64,000 nucleotides of DNA from Octopus vulgaris (GCA_951406725.2 OX597819.1:110236001-110300000), one strand, 5' to 3'; shown: positions 12,135 to 25,602, numbered from the stretch's first letter. Made by a program: numbers and translations. Notes: a model not told the origin generated them from the letters alone.

Positions 12135-13151
12135 ATCTACCACCATCACCACCGCTGCCGCGACGTCGATGACGACGACAACCACCACCACCAATACCAC
12201 CACCATCACCACCACCACCGCCACCTATACCACTATCACCACCGGCACCACTACCACTACCACTACCGCCACCGCCACCACCACCATCAGGACGACCACC
12301 GCCACTACCATCACCGCCATCGCCATCACCACGGCCTCCACCACGATCACCGCGACGATGACGACGACGATGACCGCCATCACCACCACCACCACCGTCA
12401 CCACGATCACTACCTCGCCACCGCCACCATCAAGACAATCACCACCACTACCACCACTGCTCCACCACGACCACCACTGCTCCACCACGACCACCACTAC
12501 CACCACGACCACGACCACCACAATCACCACGATCACTACCACGCCCCGCCACCATCAGGACAATCACCACCACTACCACCACCACACGATCACTACCACG
12601 CCACCGCCACCATCAGGACGATCACCACCACTACCACCACCGCCATCGTCATCACCACTGCTCCACCACGACCACCACCACGATCACTACCACGCCACCG
12701 CCACCATCAGGACAATCACCACTACCACCACCACCACCACCACCACCACCATCACCACGATCACTACCACGCCACCGCCACCATCAGGACGATCACCACC
12801 ACTACCACCACCGCCATCGTCATCACCACTACGACCACCACGACCACCACTGCTCCACCACGACCACCACTACTATAATCACCATCACCATGCCACCACC
12901 ATAACCACCACCATCACCACCGCGCCACTACCACCAACATCACCAGCCCCATTAGTACCAGCAACATCCCCACAGTTACGTCATCATCACCAGCATCTCC
13001 AGCATCCTTCATCGCCGTCATCATATTTACCACGAACTCCACCAGCAGCCCCAATAGTCAACATCACCATCACCATCACCATCACCATTCTAGTACGAGT
13101 ACCATTGCTCTCAAGGCTACTACCACCACCACCACCACCACCACCACCACC

Positions 13152-13227
<76 letters not shown>

Positions 13228-13230
13228 ATA
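12135..13230. repeat. Compound (ACC/ATC/ACG)n repeat with internal duplications
   Basis: Directly visible. Confidence 0.95.
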
Positions 13231-13595
13231 TCAGCACCACTATCACTATAAAAACTAACCCCCCCCCCCAGTTCCATCATCGAAATTGACCCAACAAGGC
13301 TTTTACGAGGTTACTTGATTTGCTAGAAATGGCAGCTGAATTCTCTTCAACTCTTCTTACCCTATCGTTTTGTTAAAAGCTGTGTAAACACATTAGATAA
13401 TGTAGTCAGTCCTACGCATAAAAGGTACACAAACGCCGCCGTCGTTCAACCAGCTTGAGATAGCAACCGAATTTCCCCTCAGGCGGCGGCCATGACCTTC
13501 GCAGTTTTTCGGCTACCAGAGAGCTTGATGTCGCTAATGTGCCTAGCATCTTAAAAATGGAAAAACACGTTTTTGGATATAAATATATATACACC

Positions 13596-13983
13596 GGTGG
13601 AGGCGCAATGTCCCAGTGGTTAGGGCAGCGGACTCGCGGTCGTAGGATCGTGGTTTCGATTCCCAGACCGGGCGTTGTGAGTGTTTATTGAGCGAAAACA
13701 CCTAAAGCTCCATGAGGCTCCGGCAGGGGATGGTGGTGATCCCTGCTGTACTCTTTCACCACAACTTTCTCTCACTCTTACTTCCTGTTTCTGTTGTACC
13801 TGTATTTCAAAGGTCCGGCCTTGTCACTCTCTGTGTCACGCTGAATATCCCCGAGAACTACGTTAAGGGTACACGTGTCTGTGGAGTGCTCAGCCACTTA
13901 CACGTTAATTTCACGAGCAGGCTGTTCCGTTGATCGGATCAACCGGAACCCTCGTCGTCGTAACCGACGGAGTGCTTCCATCC
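13596..13983 (+). mobile_element. tRNA-derived SINE family A, young copy; other copies at 17685-18071(-), 6915-7200(-), 11131-11320(+), 53375-53625(+)
   Basis: A/B-box-like head (TG.CCCAGTGG; GGTTTCGATTCC); direct repeat ATATATACACCG on both sides. Confidence 0.85.
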
Positions 13984-14496
13984 ATATATACACCGATGGG
14001 ATGGTCACAACCGGAACCCCTTTTAATATTGGTCTGCTCGGCCGAGGATGACTTTGGGTTAAACATCAAGCAAAGGAACCAGCGAATGTGCTTCTAGGTT
14101 CGGTCTGTTAGAAATAGCAGCTAAATCTAAATCTCGACATGGGAATAAAGATGTATCGGTTTTAATTTTTGACACAAGGCCAGCAATTTCAGGGGATGGA
14201 TTAAGTCGGTGACATTGACCCTAATACACAACTGGTACTTATTTTATTGACCTCGGTGGATTTTGAACTCAGAACATAGAGACGGACAAAACGCCGCTAA
14301 GCATTTTGCTCGGCGTGCTAACGATTCTACCAGTTCGCCGCCTTTTCTTAGATCAGTGGTTCCCAGCCTAGGATCCGCGGACCCCAGGTGGTCCGCAAAG
14401 GTAGTACTGGGGATCCGTGAACTAAATTCAAAATTTCATATATATCTATATATATGATTGATTGTTGAAATACATAAATCCGGAGGAGAAGATTTT

Positions 14497-17099
14497 TGTA
14501 CATTATTTACATATTGTTTGTTGTTAACACAACGTTTTGGCTGATATACCCTTGGCTGATATACCCTCCAGCCTTCATCTTGGGGAAATTTCGAACCTGG
14601 GTTCTGATTCCTAAGGTATTTTTCGATGTTGTTGTTATTATTTCGTCTTCTTCTTCTGATTATCATTATTATTATTATTATTACTATTCAGGTCGATCTC
14701 GGAATCTTGGGGTTAGTAGCTTGCGCTCTTAACCACTACGTCATATGCCCGTGGGCAACAATGGAGTGAATTTTAGGGCTTATAAATCTAATATTCTCCT
14801 ATCCTTCTTTAATACCGGTTTCCATATGCTGTTCATATCTGCACTTGGTCTGCTTAGGAGGTTGTTGTGTCCTAGCATATGTTCTGCTTCATTTAGTTTT
14901 CGTATTTTCCAGTGGTGTTCTCTGTCTATTATTTTAACTTCATCCCACAGGAGGAAATGGTCTCCATTTTTCCATACATGATCAGCTATACCCGATTTAT
15001 CAATATCTCCCCATGTTACAGCTTTGCGATGTTCCTCTACCCTTATTTTGAGGGGGCGGCATGTTCCGCCTTTGTATAACCTACCACAGCTGCAAGGGAT
15101 GGAATACACGCAGTCTTTGGTCATGTTCTCTTCTATTGGTGGTTTTACTCGAAGTAGATATTTGCGAAGTGTTGTATTACTTTTGAATTCTGTCCTGATG
15201 TCATGGGCCGCATATCTTTTGTATCTTTTCAGAGAGGCCTTTCACATAGGGTAGACAGACTGTGGACAGTTTATCGGTTTCATCCTCTCTTTTCTTCCTA
15301 ACCGGAGTGGAGAGTATGCTTTTGGGGCAGTTGTTGCTTAATGAGTTGTTGCTTTCTTTGTGGTGGATATCGTGATCGTTACTTATATCCATTGCTCGAT
15401 GTTTTAGGCACTGAGCAATCCCTCTCTTTACACTGTATGGCTGGTGGGAGTTGAAGTTGAGGTATCGTCCAGTGAAGGTCGGCTTGCGGTATACGGATGT
15501 TCTGAATCCATAGTTGGTGCGTGTTATTAATTCGTCCAGGAATGCTAGCTGATTGTCTTTTTATTTTTCCATTGTGAACTGTATGGATGGCTTTATTGAG
15601 TTCACATGATCTAACAGCACTTGGACATCTTCCTGGTGGGGCCAGAGTATGAAGGTGTCATCAACATATCGTAGCCATAGGATTGGTTTTAGTGGTGTTG
15701 ATCCTAAAGCCAAATTCTTAAAGTATTCCATGTATATGTTTGCTATTATCGGTGATAATGGCGAACCCATAGCTAAACCCTCTGTTCTGTCGATATATAT
15801 CAGTGTCTGTACTGAAGTAGGTAGTTTCTACACAGAAGATCAACAATTCCATCAAGTTTCTTAGTGCTATACTATTGCGTTCTTTTAGATGGGTGTCAGT
15901 CACTAGTTTTTTCTTGAATTACCTATAGTGCTTCACCAGTTGGGACTTTGGTGAACAGGTTTATCACATCTAGACTCAGCATCTGGTTGGATGCAATGGG
16001 GGTATCATTGATCAATTCTGTGAAGTGGGTGGAATTCTTCACGTACAATGTTGACTTTCCTACTAATGAACTCATTATATCCACAAGGAAGCGGCTCAGT
16101 GGATGACATGCTGAACCTCTACAGCTCTCTATAGCTCTTAATGGAATACCATCCTTGTGAATCTTAGGAAAACCGTACATGTGTGGTTGTTTACTGTAGT
16201 GTTGAGTCAGTCGTCTGTACTTCATTGGTGTAAAGTGATCCTTGTTCTTGATCAAGATCTGTGACAACTCTCCCTCTGTTTTCAAAGTAGGGTCTTTACT
16301 TTGCCAGTTTTTCCGAGTAGTCAGACTTGTTCATCACCACAGTAACATTCCCCATTGTCTGCTGCAAGTATTATGATCGAATTGTCACTCTATAGTCTTT
16401 TGATAGCGAACGTTTCTTCCTCAGTGATGTTTGGTTTGGGAAGTTTCGCTTTTTCTAGTACCTGTCTCACTTTCCCCTTTAGTTCATCTCCCTGAGCTTT
16501 TGGTATCTTTATGGCTATCTCTTCAATAGGGGCTATTATGTCCAAGTATGGAATGCGCTTGAAGGTTGTTGCAAAGTTGAGACCTTTGTTCAGTACTGCT
16601 TCTTCAGAGCTTTCTAGATGTCGGCTACTTTTATTAATCACTGCTTTCACGGGTGGGTGACGTACTTCAGTCTCCTTCTCTGACCTTTGAGTTTCATAAA
16701 CTTTTTAATCTGGCGTGTCTTCACAATTTCACCATCTGCAGACCGAGTGCAGATATGAACAGCATAAGGGAACCGGTATTAAAGAAGGATAGGAGAATAT
16801 TAGATTTATAAGCCCTAAAATTCACTTCATAATTTCCCACGGGCATATGGCGTAATGGTTAAGAAGCGCGGGCTACTAACCCCAAGATTCCGAGTACAAT
16901 TCCAGGCAGTGACCTGAATAATAATAATAATCATAATAATAATAATACCGAAAAATACCTTAGGAATGAGAACCCAGGTTCGAAATTTCCCCAAGACACC
17001 TGATGAAGGCTGGAGGGTATATCAGCCGAAATGTTGTGTTAACAACAAACGAGATGAGAACGAATATCCGTCAATTGTAAATAGTGTAAATAATGTACA
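14497..17099 (-). mobile_element. Decayed, 5'-truncated Penelope-like retroelement (RT + GIY-YIG) with inverted pLTR
   Basis: Fragments LNKGLNFA, YGFPKIHKDGIPLR, SLDVINLFTKVP, MGSPLSPIIANIYME, WLRYVDDTF, LPYVKGLSEKI, CVYSIPCSCGRLYKG; about 360-bp inverted arms 14497-14853 and 16738-17099; several stops and frameshifts. Confidence 0.93.
16995..17040 (+). ncRNA. Minimal type-I hammerhead ribozyme-like motif in the Penelope pLTR
   Basis: GACAC-CTGATGA-A-GGCTG(loop)CAGCC-GAAA-TG-TT-GTGTT; stem I GACAC/GTGTT; very short stem III as in PLE hammerheads. Confidence 0.7.
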
Positions 17100-17124
17100 C
17101 TCTAAGATGTAGAGCAGTTAATAT

Positions 17125-17268
17125 TATAGTGGGGTAGGTCGGTTTATGGGGTTGCCCTGGGTTTCTTGCTCATAAGGGGTTTAGCTTTACAGCGTATCTT
17201 CAGACCTCAAACAGCAGTGTTTGGTGTCTGAAGATAAACCCAGGGTAACCCCATAAACCGGTCTATCC

Positions 17269-17275
<7 letters not shown>
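17125..17275. mobile_element. Small palindromic MITE
   Basis: 40-bp TIRs tatagtggggtagg..ccctgggttt / aaacccaggg..cccactata, plus an internal 18-bp hairpin. Confidence 0.7.
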
Positions 17276-17309
<34 letters not shown>

Positions 17310-17684
17310 GATAAGCATATTAAGAGGTGGCCATGGGAAAATTCATATAAATAAAAGGGCCGGGAACCACTGTCATAGAGTCATAGATAGACACATTGGA
17401 CAATGTAGTCTTACACATGGAAAGAAAAGGAAAAGGAAAAGGAAAAAATAAAAAAATATAATGGGATCATAACTAACTGAAACTTCATCGATGATAGATC
17501 TTGTGGTTAGGATTTTACACTCAGGATCGCAATATTATGGTTTCGATTCGAAGACCAGGCGGTGCTTTGTGTTCTTGAGGAAAATACTTCATTTCACGTC
17601 GCTCCAGTCCACTCGGCTGTAAATGAACAGCCCTACGACGTACTAGCATCTTCCTCGGGGGGAATGACGAGATCTTAGTCATGT

Positions 17685-18071
17685 TTTTTAGAAGCACTCC
17701 GTCGGTTACGACGACGAGGGTTCCGGTTGATCCGATCAACGGAACAGCCTGCTCGTGAAATTAACGTGTAAGTGGCTGAGCACCCCACAGACACGTGTAC
17801 CCTTAACGTAGTTCTCGGGAATATTCAGCGTGACACAGAGAGTGACAAGGCCGGCCCCTTGAAATACAGGTACAACAGAAACAGGAAGTAAGAGTGAGAG
17901 AAAGTTGTGGTGAAAGAGTACAGCAGAGATCACCACCATCCCTGCCGGAGCCTCGTGGAGCTTTAGGTGTTTTCGCTCAATAAATACTCACAACGCCCGG
18001 TCTGGGAATCGAAACCGCGATCCCACGACCGCGAGTCCACTGCCCTAACCACTGGGCCATTGTGCCTCCAC
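17685..18071 (-). mobile_element. tRNA-derived SINE family A, young copy
   Basis: Near-identical reverse complement of 13596-13983; 12-bp TSD TCTTAGTCATGT. Confidence 0.88.
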
Positions 18072-18320
18072 TCTTAGTCATGTACACGGCAAGGGAACCA
18101 GATTCCCCATCCCATGAGTTTTAAAACACGTTGCTGTAATGTAATATAACTGCTTTATCAAGATTGATCTAGGACTAAGAACATTACTATCACATGTTAG
18201 TGTAGTTAATCAATGTGCTAGAAACAGCAACCAAATCTGCTTTAAATCACACCTCACTCTAATTGTTAAAAAATACAAAACCTAAACAGAAATAACATAT
18301 TACGTAATGAGAAAACTCAC

Positions 18321-18542
18321 AGCTTCGGCTATGTACATATCTAGGGTCTCGTATTCACCCATGTCACGCAAAACACACTCTAGTGTCAGCGGGTCTATGT
18401 TGGTGTCATCATAATTTACTTCCATCAAATTGGCTCTGCCATACCATTCGCATTCTGGATCAGGAACTTCAGCAAAATGGGTTTTAAGACTGCTGTCTGG
18501 GACACAGCATGATTCGTTCGGCGTGTTAGACTGCCGAACCAT
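18321..18542 (-). CDS. DH-PH gene, probable first coding exon (MVRQSNTP...DMYIAEA)
   Basis: Non-repetitive ORF ending at donor GCT|GTGAGT, phase 0, matching the next exon; frame is open only up to a stop at 18624-18626; upstream acceptors at about 18620 and 19579. Confidence 0.6.
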
Positions 18543-19770
18543 TGTTGCTGTTATTTTTTCTCTACTGGATGTGCTATATGTGTTGCTATTGTTGTTGTTA
18601 ATACCACACTGGCTGAATTTCTGTCAGTAGATAATATGTCTGTTGATAACGTTACTGTTTAAATATGTCACTAATGGTGCAGTTTTTGCTACTGTAGTCG
18701 ATGAGATTTTGTTTGTTCTAACTTAGCTTTTGATAATGCTATTGTCAAGATAATGTTGCTATTGTTGCTGCAAATGTCGTTGCCCACAATGTTGATAATG
18801 CTATATATCTAACGTTACCATTGTAACTTTTACTGTTGCTTTTGGTACTGCTGTTAAAATGATATCGCTAATTATTTTGTTTTGGTGTTGATGTTGCTGC
18901 CGTTGCGATGTTATCTATATTGCTACCGTTATCATGTTATCGATGTTGCTATAGTTGTTGCGAACATGCTCCGTTGATTTTTTAAAATATTTTTTTAGCT
19001 ATTCATGTTTCCGTTGTTATTGTTGTTATCACAAGTTGCTGTGTTAACTCTAGTTGCTGCAGCTGCTGCTGCTGGTATTATTAATGATGTGTTACTATAG
19101 CTACTGCTGACGTATTTCTGCCGTTGCTAATGATATTCTTTGTTTATTGTTGATGTAGTTATTATGCACCTTCTTACACCTCCTTGTAGCTACTACTACT
19201 GCCGCAATTAACGTATCTGTTTATTTCATTACACCGCTTTTTTCTTTCTATGGCTGTTTCCCTTAACATTGTAACTTGTTGCTAATTTTGTCACTGAATA
19301 TTTCACATTTTCCAGTTTCAACAGCCGTTGCAAATTTGGTCTTTCTTGCTGTTTTGTTCTCTCGCCGTCCTCCTCTCTCTTCTATGGTTATGTTGCTTTG
19401 CTGTTCTGCTGTTGTTTTATAGTTTATGGTACCATTTTAACTGAACTTAGGTGGCTACTACCGTTTGTTCATGCTGTTACTGAAACAGCTGATAATTAAA
19501 ATAACACTAGTCTCAGCGCCTATTCCAGCCGTTTCTTGGTCAGCTGCCGCGGTTGATTGAAATGAAAAAATTGCTGCATCTGAAAAATATTACGAAAAGC
19601 GGACATGTTTAATTTTGGTCAATCATATTTTATTTTAGCTAATATTATTACAGTACATTGCAATTAAAATGGCAAGAGTTACAAGGGAGCATCTTTGAAA
19701 CTCGATCGAAACCAATACCATGAAATCTCTTATTCGAATTCGCGGGTTTATCAAATGTTATTACTTTTTA

Positions 19771-20382
19771 CAGTAATCCCTCGACTATTGCAGAACATCC
19801 GCGATAGGTGAGAATCCGCGAAGTAGAAACAGTAGTGTACTGTATATTTTTTAAATTTATGTCTATAATTTGTATATATTTATTTTTATTATAAATGCAC
19901 AACAACACCTCACATTCGCCTCCTGAGTTTCATTTGCCATACAGTATGTTTGATTCTTTGTTTACACATCTACGGTACACCACGTATTCTCTTTTAATAT
20001 ATATTTAATTAATGTGTTATACAGTGCAGTACTGTACTCTATTTGTATGTATTAATTTAATTACTTTTAGGCGTGAAAATGTTTATCTTATCACAGAAAT
20101 AATCAAAATCTAAAAAGAAACGAATATCTATCGGCCGTAGAAACCCGCGATATACTGAGGAGTCCGCGATATGAATTTACATAGGAGTGGCTGTGTGGTA
20201 AGTAGCTTGCTTACCAACCACATAGTTCCGGGTTCAGTCCCGCTGCGTGGCACCTTGGGCAAGTGTCTTCTACTATAGCCTCGGGCCGACTAAAGCCTTG
20301 TGAGTGGATTTGGTAGAAGGAAACTGAAAGAATCCCGTCGTATGTATATATATATATATATATATAGATGTATATATATATA

Positions 20383-20459
<77 letters not shown>

Positions 20460-20734
20460 GTGTGTGTGTATTTGTCCTCGCCCCAACATCGCTTGACAAC
20501 CAATGCTGGTGTGTTTACGTCCCCGTAACTTAGCGGTTCGGCAAAAGAGGCTGATAGAATAAGTACGAGGTTTACAAAGAATAAGTCCTGGGGTCTATTT
20601 GCTCGACTAAAGGCGTTGCTCCAGCATGGCTGCAGTGAAATGACTGAAACAATTAAAAGAATTATATTAACCAGAAAAATCCGCGATGTACTGAGGGCGC
20701 GATAGGTGGACCGCGATATGGCGAGTGATTGCTG
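19771..20734. mobile_element. Tigger/pogo-type MITE with nested SINE (about 20182-20660)
   Basis: TA-CAGTAATCCCTCG ... CGAGTGATTGCTG-TA; internal CCGCGA repeats. Confidence 0.75.
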
Positions 20735-21166
20735 TATTTGTCTTTCACAGTTCTACATTGACAAAAGATTCAGTATGTGTACATTGTGTGTGGGTGTATG
20801 TATATATGCTTTGTGTGTGTGGGGGGAAAGGGTGTTGAGCGTGCATGCGTGTGTGTTGTGTGGGGTGAGTGTGGATGCATATGTGTGTGTGTGTGTGTGT
20901 CTGTGCGGATGCGCGCGCGTTTGTATGTGTGTGTTATGTCAAACTTTTACAGTCAACTCAGAGCTTCGTCCTGGATTGTTTACGACTGTGGAGTAGATAA
21001 AGAGATAATGGACAAGACTCAGGGTAGACTCTCGGCGTTTAATATAATAAACATATCCATCTACTCTACCGAATGTATTGAGTTCTACATCAGATTGTCT
21101 TTTCTCTTGTAAAGTATATTTAAACATACTCTACAATGTGACTATATACATACACACACACACACA

Positions 21167-21230
<64 letters not shown>

Positions 21231-22149
21231 TACACATTATTTAATGTCCGTCTTCCATGCCGGCATGGGTTGGATGGTTTGATAGAATCCGACGAATCTC
21301 TAGCTCCAATGTCTGTTATATGGTTTCCACGGCATGTTGCCCTTCCCAAAACCATCCACTTTACAGTATGTACTGGGTTTCTTTACAATACCTAAGACGG
21401 AACAGAGTTTGTATAAAATATCATTTGTTGCCCATGTAACAGGTCATTCCTCTCCACATCATTGATGTTGCAGGGAAGGGCAAGGACCAAAGCATCTTGG
21501 CACAAGTGCTGTGGTAGATATTGCCAGAATAAAACTCAAGACGTCAGGCAGCCTAAAGCAATCCAACAATAGATTTGCCCTCAGAGTTTAATCCCAAATC
21601 CCTCTCCACAGGCGGGTGCAGCTATAAGGCAATAGAGGTTTGAAATAAGGGTTTGTCCTCCTAGATAAGAGTTTGCCTCCTTAAGCTGACGAGTTCTGTC
21701 TACACTTATATATCAAGTCAGTCTCGCTTTTCCGAGACGGACCTGGAAAAATGAGGACTTGAGGCCACGAACGGAAATGAGAAGACTGACAAACTAGCCG
21801 GTTGATTGATTGATCGTTTGATCGAGCGAGTAATCAACAATCGATTAGGTAAATGGTCAATTAGTTAACTATTGACTAATAATTATATGTAAATTAATGC
21901 GGGTGCGTGTTTCTTATTGGTAAAATGATTTGCCAAACATACAACATATAAAATATATATTTCAGATATATGTATGTAAGTGTGTGTGTATGTGTGTATG
22001 CGTGTGCATGGATGCGCAATGTTAGGCACCAGTCGGATGAATGCCATCAAGTTTGGTCCCGAGTCAACTGGAATTGTTCCAACGTTGTTGTAAATCAAGG
22101 ATGCATGAGCCTTGGGTGAGTTAGGGTTTTCTGGACGGAAGCTGGGTCT

Positions 22150-24300
22150 TAATTAACTCCGGATATGTCTTCTGAGTCGAGTTGTCTGATTGTTGAGGTA
22201 TCCAAAATGTACAATGACAACAGGTAACATCACTGATGAAATGTCTAAGCGCATCAGACATTGATGTGTGAGGAAACCTGTATGGACTAATCAATGACTA
22301 CAAGAACAAGGTTCATTAATTACCTCTTGGTAATTAAGGTGGCGATAGATCGCGGGACAACGGACAGTGAAGGTTAGCAGACTCGCCTGTATCTTATATG
22401 AAGAACCTGCAATAAGCCACCGATCAACCTAAGGAAAGATAACCCCAAAGATTCTTGAGAGGTAGAAAGATGGGATCGTAGAACAGCCAAGAATGAATGG
22501 TGAATTTGAAATGTGCTGCAAAAAGATACGTCAGAATCCTCATTACCTGAAGATCCACCAGGCCAAGATGAAGTGTGTGCAGACGGTGCAAGAGTCACAG
22601 CGTATAGGAACCTTCTCTGTTGTGACGTAAGAGGAACTAGTTCCGGAATCAGGCCATAGTTCTCGAAACCTTTTGGTGTTGCTAACACAAAGTAACAAAA
22701 CATAATTGAGTAAAGTGGTCCCAAGCTAACATGGAGAAGGAGTAGGTCGAATTTGATAAAAAAGAATCTTGACTCAACCTGGAAGTAAGGACTAAGGGAA
22801 ATGCTGATTGTCGGTTCCAGATAATGACTACCATCATCAGCCGAACAGTTGAAAGGGTAGGGACTGGTGGAGGAAAAATTACCGAAACATTATGAGCAAC
22901 AGAACCAATAAGACCCACCTCCTCAGTGAAAAGCTAAGAGCTTTAGGCGGTAGTTCAAGGGGGTAAAATATGAAGAGAAGGGACTTCTCCCAGAGCTGCG
23001 AAGTATCAACCGCAAAAAAACTTATGACTTAGAGGAAGAGCTGAGTGGTGTCAGAGACGGCGACAGAAGAGTGTCAGAGTGCAAGCTGTATTTTAACAAA
23101 CCCTTATAAATTTATGAAACAGCTGCTGAGCCGAAATGCACCATTCGAATGGTGATATACACACACTTCAGAGACACCTTCGAAAGTGCATCTAGGGACT
23201 ATGACCTCGGCCACGGCACATCTTTGATCAATCTTCCAATACCGACTCTAGAATTTGATGGAAAGCAGCTCATTTGGAAAGAGGTCTACAAGTTTGTCAA
23301 GAAGGCAAGTACAAGTTCATCTTCAGAACCGAATAGATAACCTTAGAAAGTATACAAGAATTGCCTAAGGGTACTATGCAGGCTTTAAAGAATCCCGAGA
23401 TGATATAGAAGAAAGGTAAGGTGGTTTGTCAGTGAAAGGTTGAAAAAAAAAGATCCAAACAAAAAAGATCGAAGAACATCAGTCAGTTTAGAGTCCTCTC
23501 GTTACTCAGTATTAAAGTAAGATATTCTAAAGTATTGTTTCTGGGTGTCTGACTGGCTGGGTATTGCCAATGTCTTTGGATCCATACCCCACAAGCCAAT
23601 AGAAGAGGCATTGAACAAGCACCATGTTCCAGACCGTTCCTAGACTACTAAAACAGCTTCAGCCAGTGAGTCTCTGCTGAATCTGAAATAACAGGGCAAC
23701 AATAGTTCGAGACGGGTAACATGTTAATGATATCTTTTTGAGTTTACTATCAACATGCATTTAAAGTCGTCTGAGGAATAGCACAGCCTCTTACCAAGTC
23801 TGATGTCCTGAACCCTTCAATCAGGATTTTTATAGTTGACTTGGTTGGGACAACAATATCGTAGGGGACAGGAAAGCCCTTATAAAGCTGTTTGAACTTC
23901 AAGTCAGTAAAGTCTAAGTTTCTCATGCATTGAAGAAAGGTAAGGACAGGAACAAGTTTTGCACCACAGTTGGGAGTTGTGATGGGTCACCTCATCAGCA
24001 GACTGAAGCGAGTGTTCATGGTGACCTGTCCTGGAGGGGTGCTACTGTACCAAGAGGCCTGTGACCCAAAGGTTTTTCATGCTGGTATTAAGGTCAGACC
24101 AGGGCGGAATCGAAGAACAGCAAGTACTATAGATACTGCAGAATCGGGGCTAAGGTCTACAAAACCCTGGTGAATGTAGTGCCTAGTAAATGGACTGACA
24201 TGGGTGGTGGCCGAGCACTTTGCTATGACGTGAGTTAAAGATGTGAGATTGCAATGTAAGATCCTCACTGACGGTAACACCGGGCATATGCAGTAGTCTT
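22150..24300 (+). mobile_element. Highly decayed Hero-like non-LTR retrotransposon
   Basis: FDGKQLIWKEVYKFVKKA..S..PN, ISQFRVLSLLS and WLGIANVFGSIPHK fragments; boundaries approximate. Confidence 0.7.
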
Positions 24301-24394
24301 AAGGGTTCTTATGGTATGTTGTTCATATTTAGAGGTGGGTCTGTTGAGATATTTTCTTGATATGTGTATTGATCGTGTCTTTGAAGGAAAAACT

Positions 24395-24715
24395 GTCATG
24401 ACACATCGGAGTGTGTTTCGGAGGTTTCTATTCGTAAATCAGGGCAATTTATTGTAAGAGGAACAAAGGGTAGTGCTATCCGCAAAGAATTGGGTATTGT
24501 GGGAGGTAGTGGCAGATAATTCGTTGGCGAAAAAGTGTAAAGAACCAAACTGAACATTGGAAAATACCAGAATTGAGAAATTGGGTTGGACGGGAAAAAT
24601 TGTGCTGCCAGCACAACACACGTTGCGATGGTTTGATGTGACAGGCACGCCAGATGGGATATAGTCCGTAGGCAGTTAGTTTTGCTTCGAATTTCACCTA
24701 TCACATATAACAATG
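24395..24715 (-). mobile_element. CR1/L2/Jockey-like RT remnant
   Basis: AKLTAYG, NSGIFQCSV and NELSATTSHNTQFFADSTTL resemble degenerate GVPQGS...FADD motifs. Confidence 0.5.
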
Positions 24716-25602
24716 TTTTGCTGATGTTAAGTCAATGTTGATTTACGTGTACATATTTCATTAAGTATGGATAAATGAAGCATGTCTTTGTATAATTAAC
24801 CTCAGTATGACCAACAGAATCATTGTTGATAGGCTCAGTCGATAAGGTCAAATATAGTCAGCTGTTAGGTCAACTATATATACCATGTGGCAAAACTAAC
24901 GTGGATCTGCAGGTAAGTCCTCCAACTTGACATCACAAGATGATATTTATTTATATCTAAGAATTGTAGTAAGATGGAGTAACGAGTGTTTATTTGTTTT
25001 GTGGTGCTGAGATCTATTTCTCCTGCAAAGAAAACAAACTGTTCTCGACCGGCGCCGAAGAATTTACCGTTCATCCATTTCAAGCTACTCAGCGGAAAAC
25101 AGATAAATATCGGTACAGTCCGTGTTTGATTTGTAAAAATGAGTAAAACAATCTAAGGGCGAGCAAAATATAATGACGACTGCAGCGAAATTTGAACTCC
25201 CATTGCAAAGTTGCATTGGAGCTAGTACTAAATAATGTATGTCATTTAATATAGAACTACAAAACTTTACAGCTGCAGACACCATTATTGGTTTCATACA
25301 GTACATATTGATTTCTATAACAAACATAAGACCTTTATGAATGTTTACGTATTAACATCTCAATCTCCCTCCTCCTCTCTCTCCCTCCCTCTCCCTCTCT
25401 CTCTCTCTCTCTGCTAGCGTACACTTAAAAATCTACATGTTGAACTAGTTACTGAACAGATTTTTTATTCTCAGAAATCGATCCATAATTCCCTAGAATC
25501 ATGCATCAATTATAGATAAGCCATAATGGATCAAATAATTCGTCCTCTTGCGGACCACACAGTAGGTTAAGAAAGTACAGTTCAAGTTAAATATCAACTT
25601 AC

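Larger units (their letters stand above)
14354..17372. mobile_element. hAT (Charlie-like) MITE hosting the Penelope insertion
   Basis: TIRs CAGTGGTTCCC / GGGAACCACTG; imperfect 8-bp TSD tcttagat / tcatagag. Confidence 0.7.

Noticed and set aside
12169-13251. 360-aa Thr/Pro/His mucin-like ORF
   Set aside because: Product of an (ACC)n compound microsatellite in an intron; no signal peptide or splice support.
15201-15203. In-frame TGA in the Penelope ORF as selenocysteine (Naiad-type selenoprotein)
   Set aside because: The TGA results from a small deletion; the protein continues in another frame (DIRTEFKS...), so it is a frameshift lesion.
16841-16915. Functional tRNA gene (also other SINE heads)
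   Set aside because: Acceptor and T stems pair poorly, there is no terminator, and it is embedded in dispersed repeats.
18490-18515. TGF-beta ligand suggested by CCVP
   Set aside because: No other cystine-knot cysteines in the right spacing; the exon splices in phase to DH exons.
24874-25327. Short ORFs and a + strand GTAAGT donor at about 24913
   Set aside because: No recognisable protein similarity or compatible partner exon; cannot be supported from sequence alone.
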